The notes: generated by a model from the letters alone, not told the origin. A DNA stretch of 64,000 nucleotides from Eledone cirrhosa (GCA_964016885.1 OZ024742.1:143220001-143284000), one strand, 5' to 3'. Counted from the stretch's first letter, positions 35,394 to 48,405 are shown. Translations and numbers: made by a program.

Positions 35394-37304
35394 TTACTTA
35401 CCTTCCGGGGTCTTGTGAAGGTCGGGTGGTTCGACCTCCATGGTTTGTGGGGTTTCTTTTGGGAACCCCTTTAATAGTCTTGACGTGGGTTTTACGTTCG
35501 GGGTTCCCACATCCCGAGGAAAGCTCTTTCGAATTTCTTTGTATGAAGCGAGCGACATTCGCATCAGAAGCAAATTATCTGGTACGCGAAATGTGCTCGC
35601 TTCAAATGTTTCCCCGTCTTTTTCGATGTTTGTGCTTCGTGCTACATGGGCCATCAATTCCTTGTTGGCCCTTCTGGCAAGCACGAAGTTTTTAATGTTT
35701 TGTTGCTCGGGTTTTATTTGTTCGTGTGATTGTGGTGGTGATAGCTTTGTTAGTGTTGTTTCTATTGTGTCTGCGTTTGTTGTGGGTGGGGTGTCTGTAG
35801 TTTCTGATGTTTGTGTGTCTATTTGTTCTTGTGTCTGTTTAGCTTGTTTGCGTTTGGGGGATTTTGGTGGTTGTGTTGGTGATGCTGTGGGGAAAATGTT
35901 TGTGTGGGTGGTGTGTGTATTTTTTTTTGTGGGGGTGTTTGTGCTTTGTGGATTTCTTTTTTTTTTGTGTTTTGTTTTTTGTATTTTGGGGGACTTTGGT
36001 TTTCCCTCATCTTCACTGCTGGAGGATGAGGGGTCTGTGGCTGTGAGCGTGTTTGTGTCTGAGTGAGTGTTTATGTTCTTGTTCGTGTGTGTATTTTGGG
36101 GGGGAGGGGGAATGGGAGAGCTTTCCTCGTTTCCCCCCTGGGTGTGCAATTTTGGTGGTTCCATTGTTGACGGTGTTGCTGGTGGTCCTTGTCCCGGCGT
36201 CGCCAGCAGTGGAATCTTTCGACCCCTTGCGCTTTTCGGCAGTTGAGGGCAGAAGGCTCGCAAGTGTGTCGTTTCCCCACAAAGGAAACAATGCGGCCTT
36301 TTGCCCTCAGTCATTATATGCAACACCCTCCCGTTTTGGAGGCGGATGTGGTCCGGGATTGCTTTTACGTTTTCGGGTCTGATTTGGAGCAGTATCTCCA
36401 GATCAACCCCGGACCAGTCGTCCCTGGCAGTTCTCGTTGCCTCTACCGGGACTGTATCCGTTCCTTCCACGATTACGCAACCCAGGAGCCACCACATATC
36501 AAGTCCTGGTGGAATCCTGGGAATGCGCACACGTGCTATTCGTTTTCCCATGTGGGAGGGGTACATTATAACCTTGCTGGTTTTGCAAGGGGTCATTGAA
36601 TGCTTCACAGCGAGGGCTTCAGACTTGAACAGCACCGAAACGGTGCCGTATTGCCTGCCCCTCTCTATGAAGTCTGTGTCCTCTCTAATGTATTTCAGTG
36701 CGGCTTCTATATCAGCTTGGGCGATTATCGCTGCCCTCTTTGTCTCTACTGAGATGCATCTGAAATGCACCGTTCTTTTTTCCACTGCCTCAATGGCTTC
36801 TGCCGGGACAGTTAAGTTTGCCCAGGTCTGCTCTTGATTTATGATTTTCCAGGCCTGGGCCAACTTTTCCTCTCTGTTGGTTAAGTCGATGCTGTAGCAT
36901 GGTCTCCTTTTGGCCGCTGCCACAGCAGCGAAGGTGTTCTTGTTGGTGTTGTCACTGTTGTTGTTCTTGTTGGTGTTGCTGCTGCTATTGCTGTTGTTGT
37001 TCTCCCCTGTGTCGTGGTTACCCTCTGTGCTGTTGGCCTTGTTGGTGCTGTTGCTGTCGCTACTATTACTCTCTGTGCTGTTCGTTTTGTTGGTGCTCTC
37101 GCTATTACCACCTTCTGCGCTGTTCGGCTTGTTGGTGTTGGTGTTGTCGCTGTTACCACCTTCCGCGCCGCTCGGCCCGTTGGTGCTGGCACTGTCGCTG
37201 CTCACATTCGTGCTGGTGGCGCTCCTCGCCTCACCTCTGCTCTCAACGCTCAAGTCGTCGTTGCACAACAGCAGACCCGCCTCTAGGGGGCGTGGCTCCG
37301 CCAT
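35394..37304 (-). CDS. ORF1 (gag-like)
   Basis: 636 aa. Zinc knuckle CFLCGETTHLRAFC; same layout as ORF1 of copy A. Confidence 0.9.
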   Translation of the reverse strand: MAEPRPLEAGLLLCNDDLSVESRGEARSATSTNVSSDSASTNGPSGAEGGNSDNTNTNKPNSAEGGNSESTNKTNSTESNSSDSNSTNKANSTEGNHDTGENNNSNSSSNTNKNNNSDNTNKNTFAAVAAAKRRPCYSIDLTNREEKLAQAWKIINQEQTWANLTVPAEAIEAVEKRTVHFRCISVETKRAAIIAQADIEAALKYIREDTDFIERGRQYGTVSVLFKSEALAVKHSMTPCKTSKVIMYPSHMGKRIARVRIPRIPPGLDMWWLLGCVIVEGTDTVPVEATRTARDDWSGVDLEILLQIRPENVKAIPDHIRLQNGRVLHIMTEGKRPHCFLCGETTHLRAFCPQLPKSARGRKIPLLATPGQGPPATPSTMEPPKLHTQGGNEESSPIPPPPQNTHTNKNINTHSDTNTLTATDPSSSSSEDEGKPKSPKIQKTKHKKKRNPQSTNTPTKKNTHTTHTNIFPTASPTQPPKSPKRKQAKQTQEQIDTQTSETTDTPPTTNADTIETTLTKLSPPQSHEQIKPEQQNIKNFVLARRANKELMAHVARSTNIEKDGETFEASTFRVPDNLLLMRMSLASYKEIRKSFPRDVGTPNVKPTSRLLKGFPKETPQTMEVEPPDLHKTPEGK

Positions 37305-37744
37305 GTTTTTTTGAGAAAAAAATTATTATTTTTTTTCAAAATAAAGTTCAAATATTTGGGCCAAAAGGCCCAAATATTATGAGTTATTCCTTCACAGGAT
37401 ACAAATTAATGTCTTATAATGCTTCAGCGGTACAAAAATTAAACAATTCTCTACAATTAATCCTCAAAAAATTGCTTACTCACGGAGCTTCAAAAAACGT
37501 ACATCCACTTTCGTCAATAATAATAATAATAATTTCAAACATAGGTGCAAAACTACCCATAACTTATAGGAGTGCAACTAAATACCCCACGGTTTTTTCT
37601 CTGGTATCACCGAAGAAAGAAAGAGCCAAACTAAATACTATTAAGCTCAAATGTCGAATGCAATGCTGATAAGTAAAGAGAAAGAAGCGAACACTACTTT
37701 TAACTTTCTTTCTCAGCACAAAAAATACATAACATACACAGCTT

Positions 37745-38230
37745 CATACAAAGATTACTTCCCAGAAACGTGACTCCAAATAAATAGACTAAAAGTAGCA
37801 CTTATCAAATCGACCATCCCCCCTTCGTACCAACAGCGGCAAAGAACATCAGATAAAACTAACATCACACTCAATAACATAAACATACCTGACACACAGT
37901 TGATGAAAATTATGTATTTACATCTACAACATTTACAGCACACGTAGAATGCATAGTAAAGAAAGAAAAACAGCACTGAAACACTAAAAATTCTCAAAGG
38001 CACGACATTTTGCCAACACACACACACAACACAAATATCAATAGTACTAGTGTACAAACAATATATTAACTCTATCAGGAGTTGTATTAATCTTGTTTTG
38101 GATCTCAACAAATTGCACCAAACTACAAAGACTACAAACCAACGCACTTCACACCATCAAAAGCTGTTCGCAAACAGCACCTATTGACTGCCTAAACAAT
38201 GAAGCAAAAATGATTCAAAATTTAACCTGG
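37745..38230 (+). pseudogene. Old LINE (Jockey/I-like) RT C-terminal fragment
   Basis: LQINRLKVALIKST...LKILKGTTF...ILVYKQYI...KLQRLQTNALHTI, across frameshifts. Confidence 0.5.
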
Positions 38231-39904
38231 ACATGTGATAGGCGCAGTTGTTTCGGTAGCAGGTTTAATGCCCCCCACATAGTACATGCAACTTCATGTA
38301 CAATTACATCTTTAAACAAATAAACGCATCTAATATATCCTTAACATAAATACACCCTCATTCTAAGAACACAACCCACGCAGTCAAAATAAATATAAAA
38401 ATTATATGCACACAAAAGTAGCAGCAGCACACAGGTTTATTAATGCTAAACAGCCCCTTTTATAAATGTATATGAACAGCAATTGTGGCGCTCTAACCAA
38501 GTCCACTTTTCCGTCTAAGAAATAACCAGAACCTACAGGCGTAAGAAAATAAATTGGACTATGAAAAGAAGAATGTAACATGTTTGAACTGTTTGTTACA
38601 TTGTATTCCATAGAGTAAAATATTGTATGTCGGAGTGCGCGACAGTGATTCTCTATAGCATAGCTGGTAAAATAGAATTGTTCATCAGACTTGTTCGTTC
38701 GACTAACTAAATGCCACAGGTCTGCTCGATCAGAGCTAACCTGGGTCTAAACAACGTACAACAATAACAACGCCAACAACAATGACAAAAGCAGCAGTAG
38801 CAGTAACAACAGTCTATACCGATACTATTTCAAAGTGTCTTTTATTACAATGAAAAAAGAAAAATGAAGCCCAGAGCTCGAGCCAACCGGCCTTGAAATA
38901 TAATTGTAAGCAATGATAAAATAACAGCGGTCTAAAGTACATTCACAGCTAATATCAGCATACAAGACCACAAAAATGATGTGATATTATCACATGACAT
39001 GTATAAAAATAAGTGAATATAATTACCCACAAATAATAACTTATGTTATAAAGGGGAACCTCTATATATTTGCACGTGTTAAAAACAACAGCCATGTATC
39101 CTTCAAAACTACAATCTACTGCTTCAAATAATACGAAGCCTACTTGGAACGATTTAGTCCTAGATATTAAAAAAAGACACAATGGTCAAAACCTTTAACT
39201 ACATATAACAGCAAAACGACCTTATAGAAACAGCAACTAAATCTCCTTCCTATTACCCTCTAAAAAAGAGAGAGAAAAGGAGAAGACATTGGCCAATGTA
39301 GTCCTAGCTTTAGAAAAAGACGAATTAGTCATGGTCGAAATTCCTTTGATTGTAGGTTTGCTCAATCATGGCTGAGCTCTGGATAAATACCATCAACAAC
39401 AACGTCAAGTTTATACTCGCGTAAATTAGAAAAATTGAAATAGAAAACTTCATTCAATAAATATGCAAAAATAACCGTAAAAACATAAAACAAACAAAAC
39501 AGAACAAAAGAAAATTATACCAGCAAAAACCCATAACAGATAGTTTATCCTTATACATGACAGAATCCGTTTATTTTGACATATAATTATCTAATATTTA
39601 GCATTGTTGAGAATATGTCAATGATTTCGTTTAGGAAGCAGCTATTTTGAATGATTTTAAAAAGTTCCGAAAATCCTATTGATAGCAGAAAAGATATTTG
39701 ATAAATGACAGGCGAAATTATAGAGTAACTGCTGACAATTTAAGCAATATAATTTATCAAAAAACAAGAAATACCTTTCTACAAAAGTCATCCTAAATAA
39801 GAGAATTCTAGGAACCACATCAATTTCAGCTTCTGTTAAAATTCTATCGACATATAAGATGTGGTATATGAATATTACATCAAAACCGCTACTAGACTGA
39901 TGCT

Positions 39905-40030
39905 TTGTATTATCAATTCCCGGAAAGATGAAAGGCAAAGTTGAATTCAACGATATTTGAACTCAGAATTTAAAATGCCGTAGCTAAATACCAAGCATTT
40001 CATCCAAAGTACTACCGTATTTGCTAATCC
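39905..40030 (-). mobile_element. Degenerate SINE family 1
   Basis: aagatgaaaggcaaagttgaattcaacgatatttgaactcaga. Confidence 0.7.
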
Positions 40031-40256
40031 ATTTAGATCAGTGGTTCTCGAAGACCCAGATCACATTTCTCTCCTTGAAATCCCAGGTTTCTTCAATCCC
40101 TCCCTATTTAGAATTATCATCTAGTAATTTTTAACCCAAGCACCATATCAATACTAGTAAGTATTTCAAAGTTCAATATCTGTATAATCCCAAATGAGAT
40201 TAGATCTGGAGCAGCAACTTTTTTGTGAAGTGCTAATTCGTGATCTCTCTTAATAG

Positions 40257-40663
40257 CAGACCTGTCAAAGTGGGTGGGAGATCTCCCCGTCCGACGGGGA
40301 GATCTCCCACCCACTTTGGGGTGGCTGAGAGATGTCTTCTCTTGTGAAAATGGGTATAGCTTTCATTATGTAAAAAGGGCGGTGGATTGGCAGTATCGGT
40401 AGAGGGTCGGACGCCATGCTTTGCAGCATAGAGTTACGGTCCTTTATGGTCTGAGTTCAAATCCCGCCGAGGTTAACTTTGCCTTTCATCCTTACGGGGT
40501 CGATGAAATAAAGTACCAGTAATGCACTGGGATAATTGCTGGCCTTGTGCTAAAAGTAGAAACAATTATGTAAAATCTTCCCATTTTGCCTCATTTCTCC
40601 CCGTTTTGGGGCCCTTTTTTTCATGGTGTTCCCCGTTTGGGATTTTAGAGGTTGGCAGGTCTG
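40257..40663. mobile_element. MITE copy 1 (interrupted by a SINE)
   Basis: TIR cagacctgtcaa / ttggcaggtctg. 6-bp flanks taatag/taataa. Confidence 0.85.
40376..40564 (+). mobile_element. SINE family 1, full length
   Basis: A and B boxes. 11-bp TSD attatgtaaaa at 40365-40375 and 40565-40575. Confidence 0.92.
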
Positions 40664-40840
40664 TAATAATTAGTTGGCTGATTTGGTGCATTATTCTTCC
40701 CCAGTTCCTCCCATGGGAGCCAAGTTCTCCCCATTTGTGAATTACTGATCTAGATGGTACAGAAAAGAGGAATAACAATAGAATGAGGTACCGAGGGGAA
40801 GTGTAACATCATTGCTGTAAATAATTTGTTGTTGTTATTG

Positions 40841-41019
40841 CAGACCTGTCAACTCTCCCCATCTGACGGGGAGATCACCTACCCACTTTGGGGAAGGTGA
40901 TAGATGTCTTCTCTTTTGGAAATGGGTATAGCTTTAATTATATAAAATCTCCCCATGATGCCTCATTTGTTTTTTTCATGGTACCCCCCCGTTTGGGTTT
41001 TTAGTGGTTGGCAGGTCTG
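40841..41019. mobile_element. MITE copy 2
   Basis: Same TIRs. Perfect 6-bp TSD ttattg. Confidence 0.88.
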
Positions 41020-41573
41020 TTATTGTTGTTTAGATAGTAGAATGCAATTTAAGGGTGGATTTGGCTACTATTACTAAATAGGCTGAGCTGTTCCGTAGTG
41101 GGCTATTTCGCGTGTGAATATAGCAATTGATATAACAGGGTAACTAAGGTATACTCCAAATAGTGAATGAAAACGTTATCAAATCTACGTATCTAAGATA
41201 CAAAGAAACTGAAATTCTAAATTGAAATAGAGATAAAGAATTTTAAAATATCAGAACTAAACAGGTGCGTGTGAGAGGAAAGAATACTTAAGACGTTTAA
41301 CTTTAGAAAGAATAAGGACATTTAGGAAATACAAAGCAGATAACGAAAATGTATTTTTAGCTAAATCACGTTATAAATAACTAAATGACTAAATAACGAC
41401 AGGCAATAAACAACACAAGTATACATACAAGCAAACAGCCATTGAATTTGAGATAAACTAAGGCACAAGTTATAAAGGGATTTGGTTGAAGAAATGTTTA
41501 TTTATTTATAATGTAAGTTCTTTTTGAACAATATGTCCTGCAAAATAGAACGAAGGGCTATTGAAATATGAGA

Positions 41574-41662
<89 letters not shown>
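41574..41662 (+). repeat. (TCTA)n microsatellite, 5' flank of Tx1-C
   Basis: Direct reading. Confidence 0.95.
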
Positions 41663-41663
<1 letters not shown>

Positions 41664-41863
41664 GATAGAGTGAGACACGCTTCACATCGGCTCTGCTATT
41701 CTATCGGAATTTACCCTTACTATAGTAAGTACCAGTGAATTTTTTCAATGCAACACATTTGGAACACGTACCCCTGTTATTTAGGGAAACATTTTTATAT
41801 TTACCCCCTTTTTAGGGGGTAAAATAAATAACTATTTTTCTGTAAAACTTCTTTCTTTGACGC

Positions 41864-43668
41864 ATGGCGGGAAAGATGGCAGACATGTCTGCCATTAGCT
41901 CTGCCACGCCCCCCAAGTCTGAAGAACAAAAAATAGATACAACAAAACTAGACAACGAAACAAACAAACAATGAAAATGAAAAAACAAATGTTACGGAAA
42001 TGAGCAAACGGAAAACAAACAAACAGAAAATAAGAATACAAAAAACAACAAGGCAACTTTCGCCCAGACAACAAAAAAATCTATAATATATACACCTATT
42101 GACTTGACTGACGCCAGAGAAAAACTGGCAAAAGCAAAAAAGCACATAGTCTTGGGGGAGAACGGAATGTTTTCCATTAATTCCCCCCCAGAATTCAAGA
42201 AAACGAGACTAGAAAACACTGTTCTGTTTAGAACAATTCTAAACCACACGAGAAAGCCAGCACAGCCCAGCCAAATGGAGATAGAGTTGGTCCTAAAAGA
42301 CTATATGAAGAATATTCTCTTCATACGAAAGGACCGACTCCATGGCAGCATTTCTGTTTTAACAAAAGACAAGGAAACAGCACAGAGGCTTTCCCTAAGC
42401 CCACTCTCAACAACAGCATACAGTTTCTATCCCTCCTACATGGGTAGAACTCAGAGAGCCAAAATACAGACAATGCTGCCCACAATGGACTTCTGGTGGG
42501 CTATTGCTGGCTTCATAGACATGGGCGAGGACACAGTGCTGTCAATGGGGAAGGCATCTGGAGATGCGTTCCTGGGAATGGGCCTCGACCTACTAGTCCA
42601 AATGAGGCCCGAAAGAATAGCGCAAATCCCGGATCGCATCTGGCTGGATGACCTCACCCCAATATATATAATTGTAGAGGGGAGAAGACCAGCATGCTAT
42701 TCATGCATGGAAAGGGGACACGTTAAGGCTAACTGCCCGAATCATATCCCCCAAAAAGGACTATTGCCCACATCCACCACAAACAGTACACCAACACCAC
42801 CCACCTCCAAAAATACACTAATACCACACACAGCAAACAAAATACAGACACCACCAACCACAAGCACAACACAAACATCACCACCACCAGCACCAACCAC
42901 AACACAAACATCACCACCACCATCACCAACCACAAGCACGACACAAACATCACCACCACCACAAAACACATTCCAAACTAATAATAAAAAAAACAGCAAC
43001 AAATCTACCCCTCCCGCAAAAAAAACAACCAGACACCACGTCCCTCCCACCTAGCGCTGAAGAGTTTCCCCCAACTTCTGAAGAAGAAGGAGGAGAAGCC
43101 TTCAGACAAGTTAAAAGAAAAAAACGAAAGCACACACCCAGCACACCACAACAACAAATAACCTACACACAAACACCAACTCCAATCAAAAACACCACAC
43201 CCTCGACAAACAAAAATAAATCTGCGCCTCCCCTCTTCGAAACATTGACAGCATCACAAAAAAAGACGTTGCAATACACATATATAAATAAAGAAAACAA
43301 AAAACTGTTTAAATTAATAAACAATAGCCCTTTGGTGCAGACCGAAGGGCCAAACTTTATCTCAACAGAGAACTTCACCCATTTAAAAATGATAAAGGTC
43401 CCTCTGGACCTTTATCGTTCCTTAAAAGAACAATTTAAACAGGACGTGAGCCCCCTCCTGTTTAAAACCGTTAAATCGCGTCCTCTTGAAAGATTTCCCC
43501 ATAACCTCCCCTCTCCCTGACACAACTCCAAATACCCCAACCCCACCACACTCGGATACCCCCACACCACCACAAAACATCCCTCCACCCAACACACCCG
43601 ACCCCATGGAAATTACACAACCCGGAGAGGTAGGTGCTTTTCTTTCTTCACTTTCAACACCAAAATAG
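41864..43668 (+). pseudogene. ORF1 pseudogene
   Basis: ENGMFSINSP.E, CYSCMERGHVKANC, YTYINKENK, PMEITQPG in shifting frames. Confidence 0.88.
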
Positions 43669-46600
43669 ATCAATTGAGAGTTGGCTGTTTGAATGCGCGT
43701 GGCCTGGGCTCAGCTTGGAAGCAAGCAAAGCTTCTAAGTGACCTCAGGTCACGAAGTATAGATGTGATGGTTGTTTGTGAGAGTCGGATCAGCAGCGTGC
43801 GACAGCTGGCTCCCGCCTTCGATGACTTTGAGATGCACGCATCTCTCTGTCAACCCGGAGGCGGGGGTGGGGTTGCCGTACTGCTGGATAAACGTCTGGC
43901 TCTCGACGTACAGATTGTTCACTCGGACCCGGGGGGGGGGGGTCGATTACTGGTGCTGGACGTCGGAGGCGGTGAAGGCGGGGCTTTCAGACTGGTCGGT
44001 CTTTATGCCCCCTTCGGGGCTGAAAGAGCCGACTTCTTCCAGCGTCTGGAGACTTTTCTAGGAACGTCGCGTCCCCTGCTTTTAGTGGGGGACTGGAATG
44101 GAATCCTAGATGCGCGTTAGGACTATGCAGGGGCATGTCCCGATAGAGGGGGGTGTAGCAGCCTCAAGGGGTTACTCCATCGATTCGACCTGGTCGATAG
44201 ATTTCGACTAGATTTTCCAACTGTGCCAACCTGGACCTGGGCAAACCGCAGTGGTCAATCTAGATCGTACCTAGATAGGTTTTTGGTTAGGAGTAAGGAT
44301 AAGGACGTATTTAGTTGTCCAGAATTGCTCATGGTTGGCTATTCAGATCACAAATTAGTGACCTGCGTGGTCAACCTTGATAGAACGCATAGACAGGGTC
44401 CCGGTTACTGGAAGATGAACTTGTCCTTGCCGGCAAAGGAAGCTTACAGGAACCGGATTAGTAGCTTAGTTAAGATGCGGTTGACGGGAGCGATCGTCAA
44501 CAGCAGGTGGTGGGTATCTCTAAAGAGAGAGATTAAAGTAAGTTCGATAGGTTACAGTAAGGAACTAGCGGCGAATAGAAATAGGAGGGAAAGGGAGTTA
44601 ATAGATAAACTAGAAGAGGCGATTAGGAGCGAAGACGTGGCCAGAGTGTTAGCGTCGAGAACGGCGTTGAGCCAGTTCTTTGACGCGAAGCACGAAGGCT
44701 GCGTTGTCCGAAGTAAAATACGTGCTTTAGGAAACGAGGGGACCAAAGCTGTTAGCTGGGCCCGCGTGACAGAAGCCAAGAGTGGGATTAAATCCACCAT
44801 TCGGTCTTTGCGAGACCAGGATGGACGGGTGATCCTTGAACCTGAGCGGATGTGCGAGGCACTTTGCTCGACTGTTCGGAGGGGGCGGGGGGCCGGACGG
44901 GGATGTGGACTTCGGTCCATACCTCGACTGTCTACCGCGTCTTTCAAGCGGCGAAGCGGAGTGCTGAGAAAGGCCAATCACAGCCACTGAAATCGGTGAA
45001 GCGCTCAGCCAATGCAGCAGACGCAAATCTGCGGGTCTCGATGGTCTACCATACGAACTTTATTTAGCTATGCCGGTCTTGTTCTCCGAACTCCTCGAGG
45101 CTGTCTATTGCAACTGGCAACAGAATGGGAGAATTCCCTGTTCTGTGACCAAGGGCGTAGTCACGCTAGTGAGGAAGGACGAGAGCAAGGGGGACGACTT
45201 AAGTAACTTTAGGCCCATAACTCTGCTGAATGCAGAGTTACAGATTTTGGCCAAGGTGTTGCCGAAGAGGTTGGCGCTTGTGGTGGGTGGTTTGGTGGGA
45301 GACGCGCTGGATTTCTGCCATGCACAGTGGCAACGTCTGCTCTAGGGTTAAAGTAAACGGCTACCTCTCGGAGCCGTTTCAAATCACCCGGTCCATCAGG
45401 CAGGGGTGCCCCCTCTCCTCCTTTCTGTACGTATTGGCTCTCGAGCCACTGCTGCGGAAGTTGGAGTTGCTGCGGGGCATACCACTGGAACCGGGATTGC
45501 ACAAAGCGGTCTCGGCCTATGACGTAACAGTAATGGTGGCGGACGCCTCGGAAATCGGGGCGATCGCCACCCTACTGGAGGAATACGAAAGGCTGACGGG
45601 GGCTAGGCTGAACCGGGACAAGTCAGTCGGTTTGCAACTCGGAACGTGGAGGGGCAAACCGATGCCGTTAGACGGTGTAGTCGGGCGGTGGACGGAGGGC
45701 CCGGTGAAGCTGCTCGGGGTCTGGTTCGGACCGGACCTCCAGGTGGAGAAGAATTGGGGCGAGGTGACGAGCAGGGTGTTTGCGCTGACCCAGAAGTGAG
45801 CCAAGTGCAAACTATCACTGAAAGGTCGGGCGGAGGTGACGAACGCTTACATAGCGTCCGTCATCTACTACCGCCTGACCGTCGTGCCTTGCCCCAAGGA
45901 AACGCTCACCATCATGGAGCGCATGCTCTTCCAGTTCCTCTGGAAGAAGCGGCCTCCCATGGTGAGGAGATCCATCTGCTGCCAGCACCCTTCGAAAGGA
46001 GGGCTGGGTATGCCGTGGATGTTGATGCGTAGGCACGCATTGAGGCTACGGCATTTACAGGTATTCCTCACCGGTCAGCGGGTGTGGGCCCCGTTTGTGA
46101 GGCGAGCCTTCCCACAGCTCGTCTCGCTCACCGAGCTGCAATCCTGGGTGAAGCAAAGACCGAGAAAACTGGGCAACTGGCACACCGAGTGTGCCCAGGC
46201 GCTCACGGCTCTCTGGCAAGCGGACCCGACTATCAGTGGAGACTCCACCTCGACATTCTATAGAGGGCTGGAGGCTAACAGGGGCGATGACACCCTTGGA
46301 GAGTCGCTAGGCATGGAGGAGGACGAACTGGCCAGCCTGTTCGGTAGAACTTTCGGCCCGGGACCCATGGACAACTTCCAGAGGTCCCTAGCCTGGCAGT
46401 GCTACCGGGGGGCTCTGCCCGTTCGAGAAAAGCTCTACAGACACGGACGCCCGGGCAGGGATCCCGCGAAAAAGATCTGTCCCAGATGCGTGCGCGACGA
46501 GGAAACCGTTGCGCACGCACTAGTACACTGCTCGGGCGTTGCCGATCTGTGGGGCTACGTCGAACGACTGCTGTCGCGTGTGGCGCCGATTCGATTGGCC

Positions 46601-46894
46601 GCCGAGTCTGTGGTGAACATCAAGCCGCCTCCTCCCTTCAGAAATGAAGCAGAGGCGGTCTTTCGGTGCGTAATAGCCATGATGAAAGAGGTTGTGTGGT
46701 GGACGCGCCTGAAAGGTCTGAGGTCGGGTGACTTTCTCTCCGGCCAACACCTGGTTTACTTCTTCCAATACCACTTCGGAAGAAGGATCAGGATGGAGAG
46801 AGAAGTGCTTGGTCCCAGACAGTTTTATGAAAGGTGGGTGAAAGAAGCGAGAATGGCTCGTGTAAATGGGCCTTCTCTCTACATTGTTCTGTAG
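43665..46894 (+). pseudogene. ORF2 pseudogene
   Basis: APE, RT and zinc finger motifs with stops, frameshifts and an internal deletion near 45305. The start position reads ATA. Confidence 0.92.
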
Positions 46895-47290
46895 GTGAAG
46901 AAGTGAAGAGGAAAGGGGGAGCGCCTCCTCTCTGGGCTTCCCCGGCGAAAAGGGTTGCACACTTTTCGGGGGTATGTGCAATCCCCAACACGCCCCCTCC
47001 CTTTTGAGGACTTTTTATTATTATATTATTCTTATTGTTATGCCTTTTTCTTTACTCGCATTTATGTAAACTCCCCCCTGTGTATTTGTCCCTTTCTCTT
47101 GTGCCCTAGTGGCAAATAAAGAAATATATCTATCTATCCATCCATCCATCTATCTATCTATCCATCTATTCTTTTCAATCCATCTCTCTCTCTCTCAATC
47201 TGCCTCTCAACACACACACACACACACATATATATATACATATAATAAGTTGACGGGGTTAGCATGAGTTTCACTGATATATATATATGC

Positions 47291-47380
<90 letters not shown>

Positions 47381-47383
<3 letters not shown>

Positions 47384-47467
47384 TGAGATTCCACAGGACT
47401 AGAACTGTTTCATTCTTTAGAAATCATCAGGAATGAAACAGTTCTAGTCCTGTAGAATCTCATCTAT
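47381..47467. repeat. Short fold-back with hammerhead-like core
   Basis: agatgagattccacaggactagaactgtttcattc / gaatgaaacagttctagtcctgtagaatctcatct. Confidence 0.6.
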
Positions 47468-47565
47468 ATTAAAACTTTTATACTCTGCAATGTATTGAGT
47501 ACCTTACTTACTGTGGTTACCTCCGATTCAACCCGGAATAACGTATATATATATATATATATATA

Positions 47566-47856
47566 GTTAAAGAAAGAAGAGTAACATGGTTGGCTGTACA
47601 ATAAGGGGTTTATTCAAAGTGCTGACAATTGTTTCGTTGATCTGGTGCGTATTATTTTCATATCCACTTGCTCTGATGCGTTGACTGGTTGTAAACAACG
47701 TATTGGAGATCAATTGACGCAGCATCAAGCGATTAGCGAACTCTAGACGCACCAGATCAACGAAACAATTGTCAGCACTTTGAATAAAGCCCCTATTGTA
47801 CTTGAAATAAAGCCCCTTATTGTACAGCCAACCATGTTACTCTTCATTCTTTCACT
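47566..47856. mobile_element. Fold-back pLTR remnant; hammerhead with long stem II at 47670-47776 (+)
   Basis: Arms at 47566-47650 and 47747-47856. gcu-CUGAUGc-guuga...ucaac-GAAAC-aauu-GUC-agc (A9 replaced by C). Confidence 0.65.
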
Positions 47857-47883
47857 ATTATATATATATATATATATGTGTGT

Positions 47884-47943
<60 letters not shown>

Positions 47944-47944
<1 letters not shown>

Positions 47945-48057
47945 ACTTAGTACATGTGTTTGTGGAATGTTCAGCCACATGCATGTTAATTTCACAAGGG
48001 TAGAGAAATACCTGTTGCTGTTAGTCAACCATGTGTGAGTGTGTTTGTTGTATGCTG

Positions 48058-48121
<64 letters not shown>

Positions 48122-48233
48122 CTTAGTACATGTGTTTGTGGAATGTTCAGCCACTTGCATGTTAATTTCACAAGGGTAGAGAAATACCTGTTGCTGTTAG
48201 TCAACCATGTGTGAGTGTGTTTGTTGTATGCTG

Positions 48234-48293
<60 letters not shown>

Positions 48294-48405
48294 CTTAGTA
48301 CATGTGTTTGTGGAATGTTCAGCCACTTGCATGTTAATTTCACAAGGGTAGAGAAATACCTGTTGCTGTTAGTCAACCATGTGTGAGTGTGTTTGTTGTA
48401 TGCTG

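Larger units (their letters stand above)
31693..37515 (-). mobile_element. Full-length Tx1/L1-clade retrotransposon (copy B), intact, in (ATT)n
   Basis: Two intact ORFs. The 3' end reads aataaatgaaatc(att)n. (TAA)n lies at 31641-31692 and 37516-37533. Confidence 0.93.
41663..47126 (+). mobile_element. Full-length but decayed Tx1 element (copy C)
   Basis: Collinear with copy A. (TCTA)n on both sides. Confidence 0.92.
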
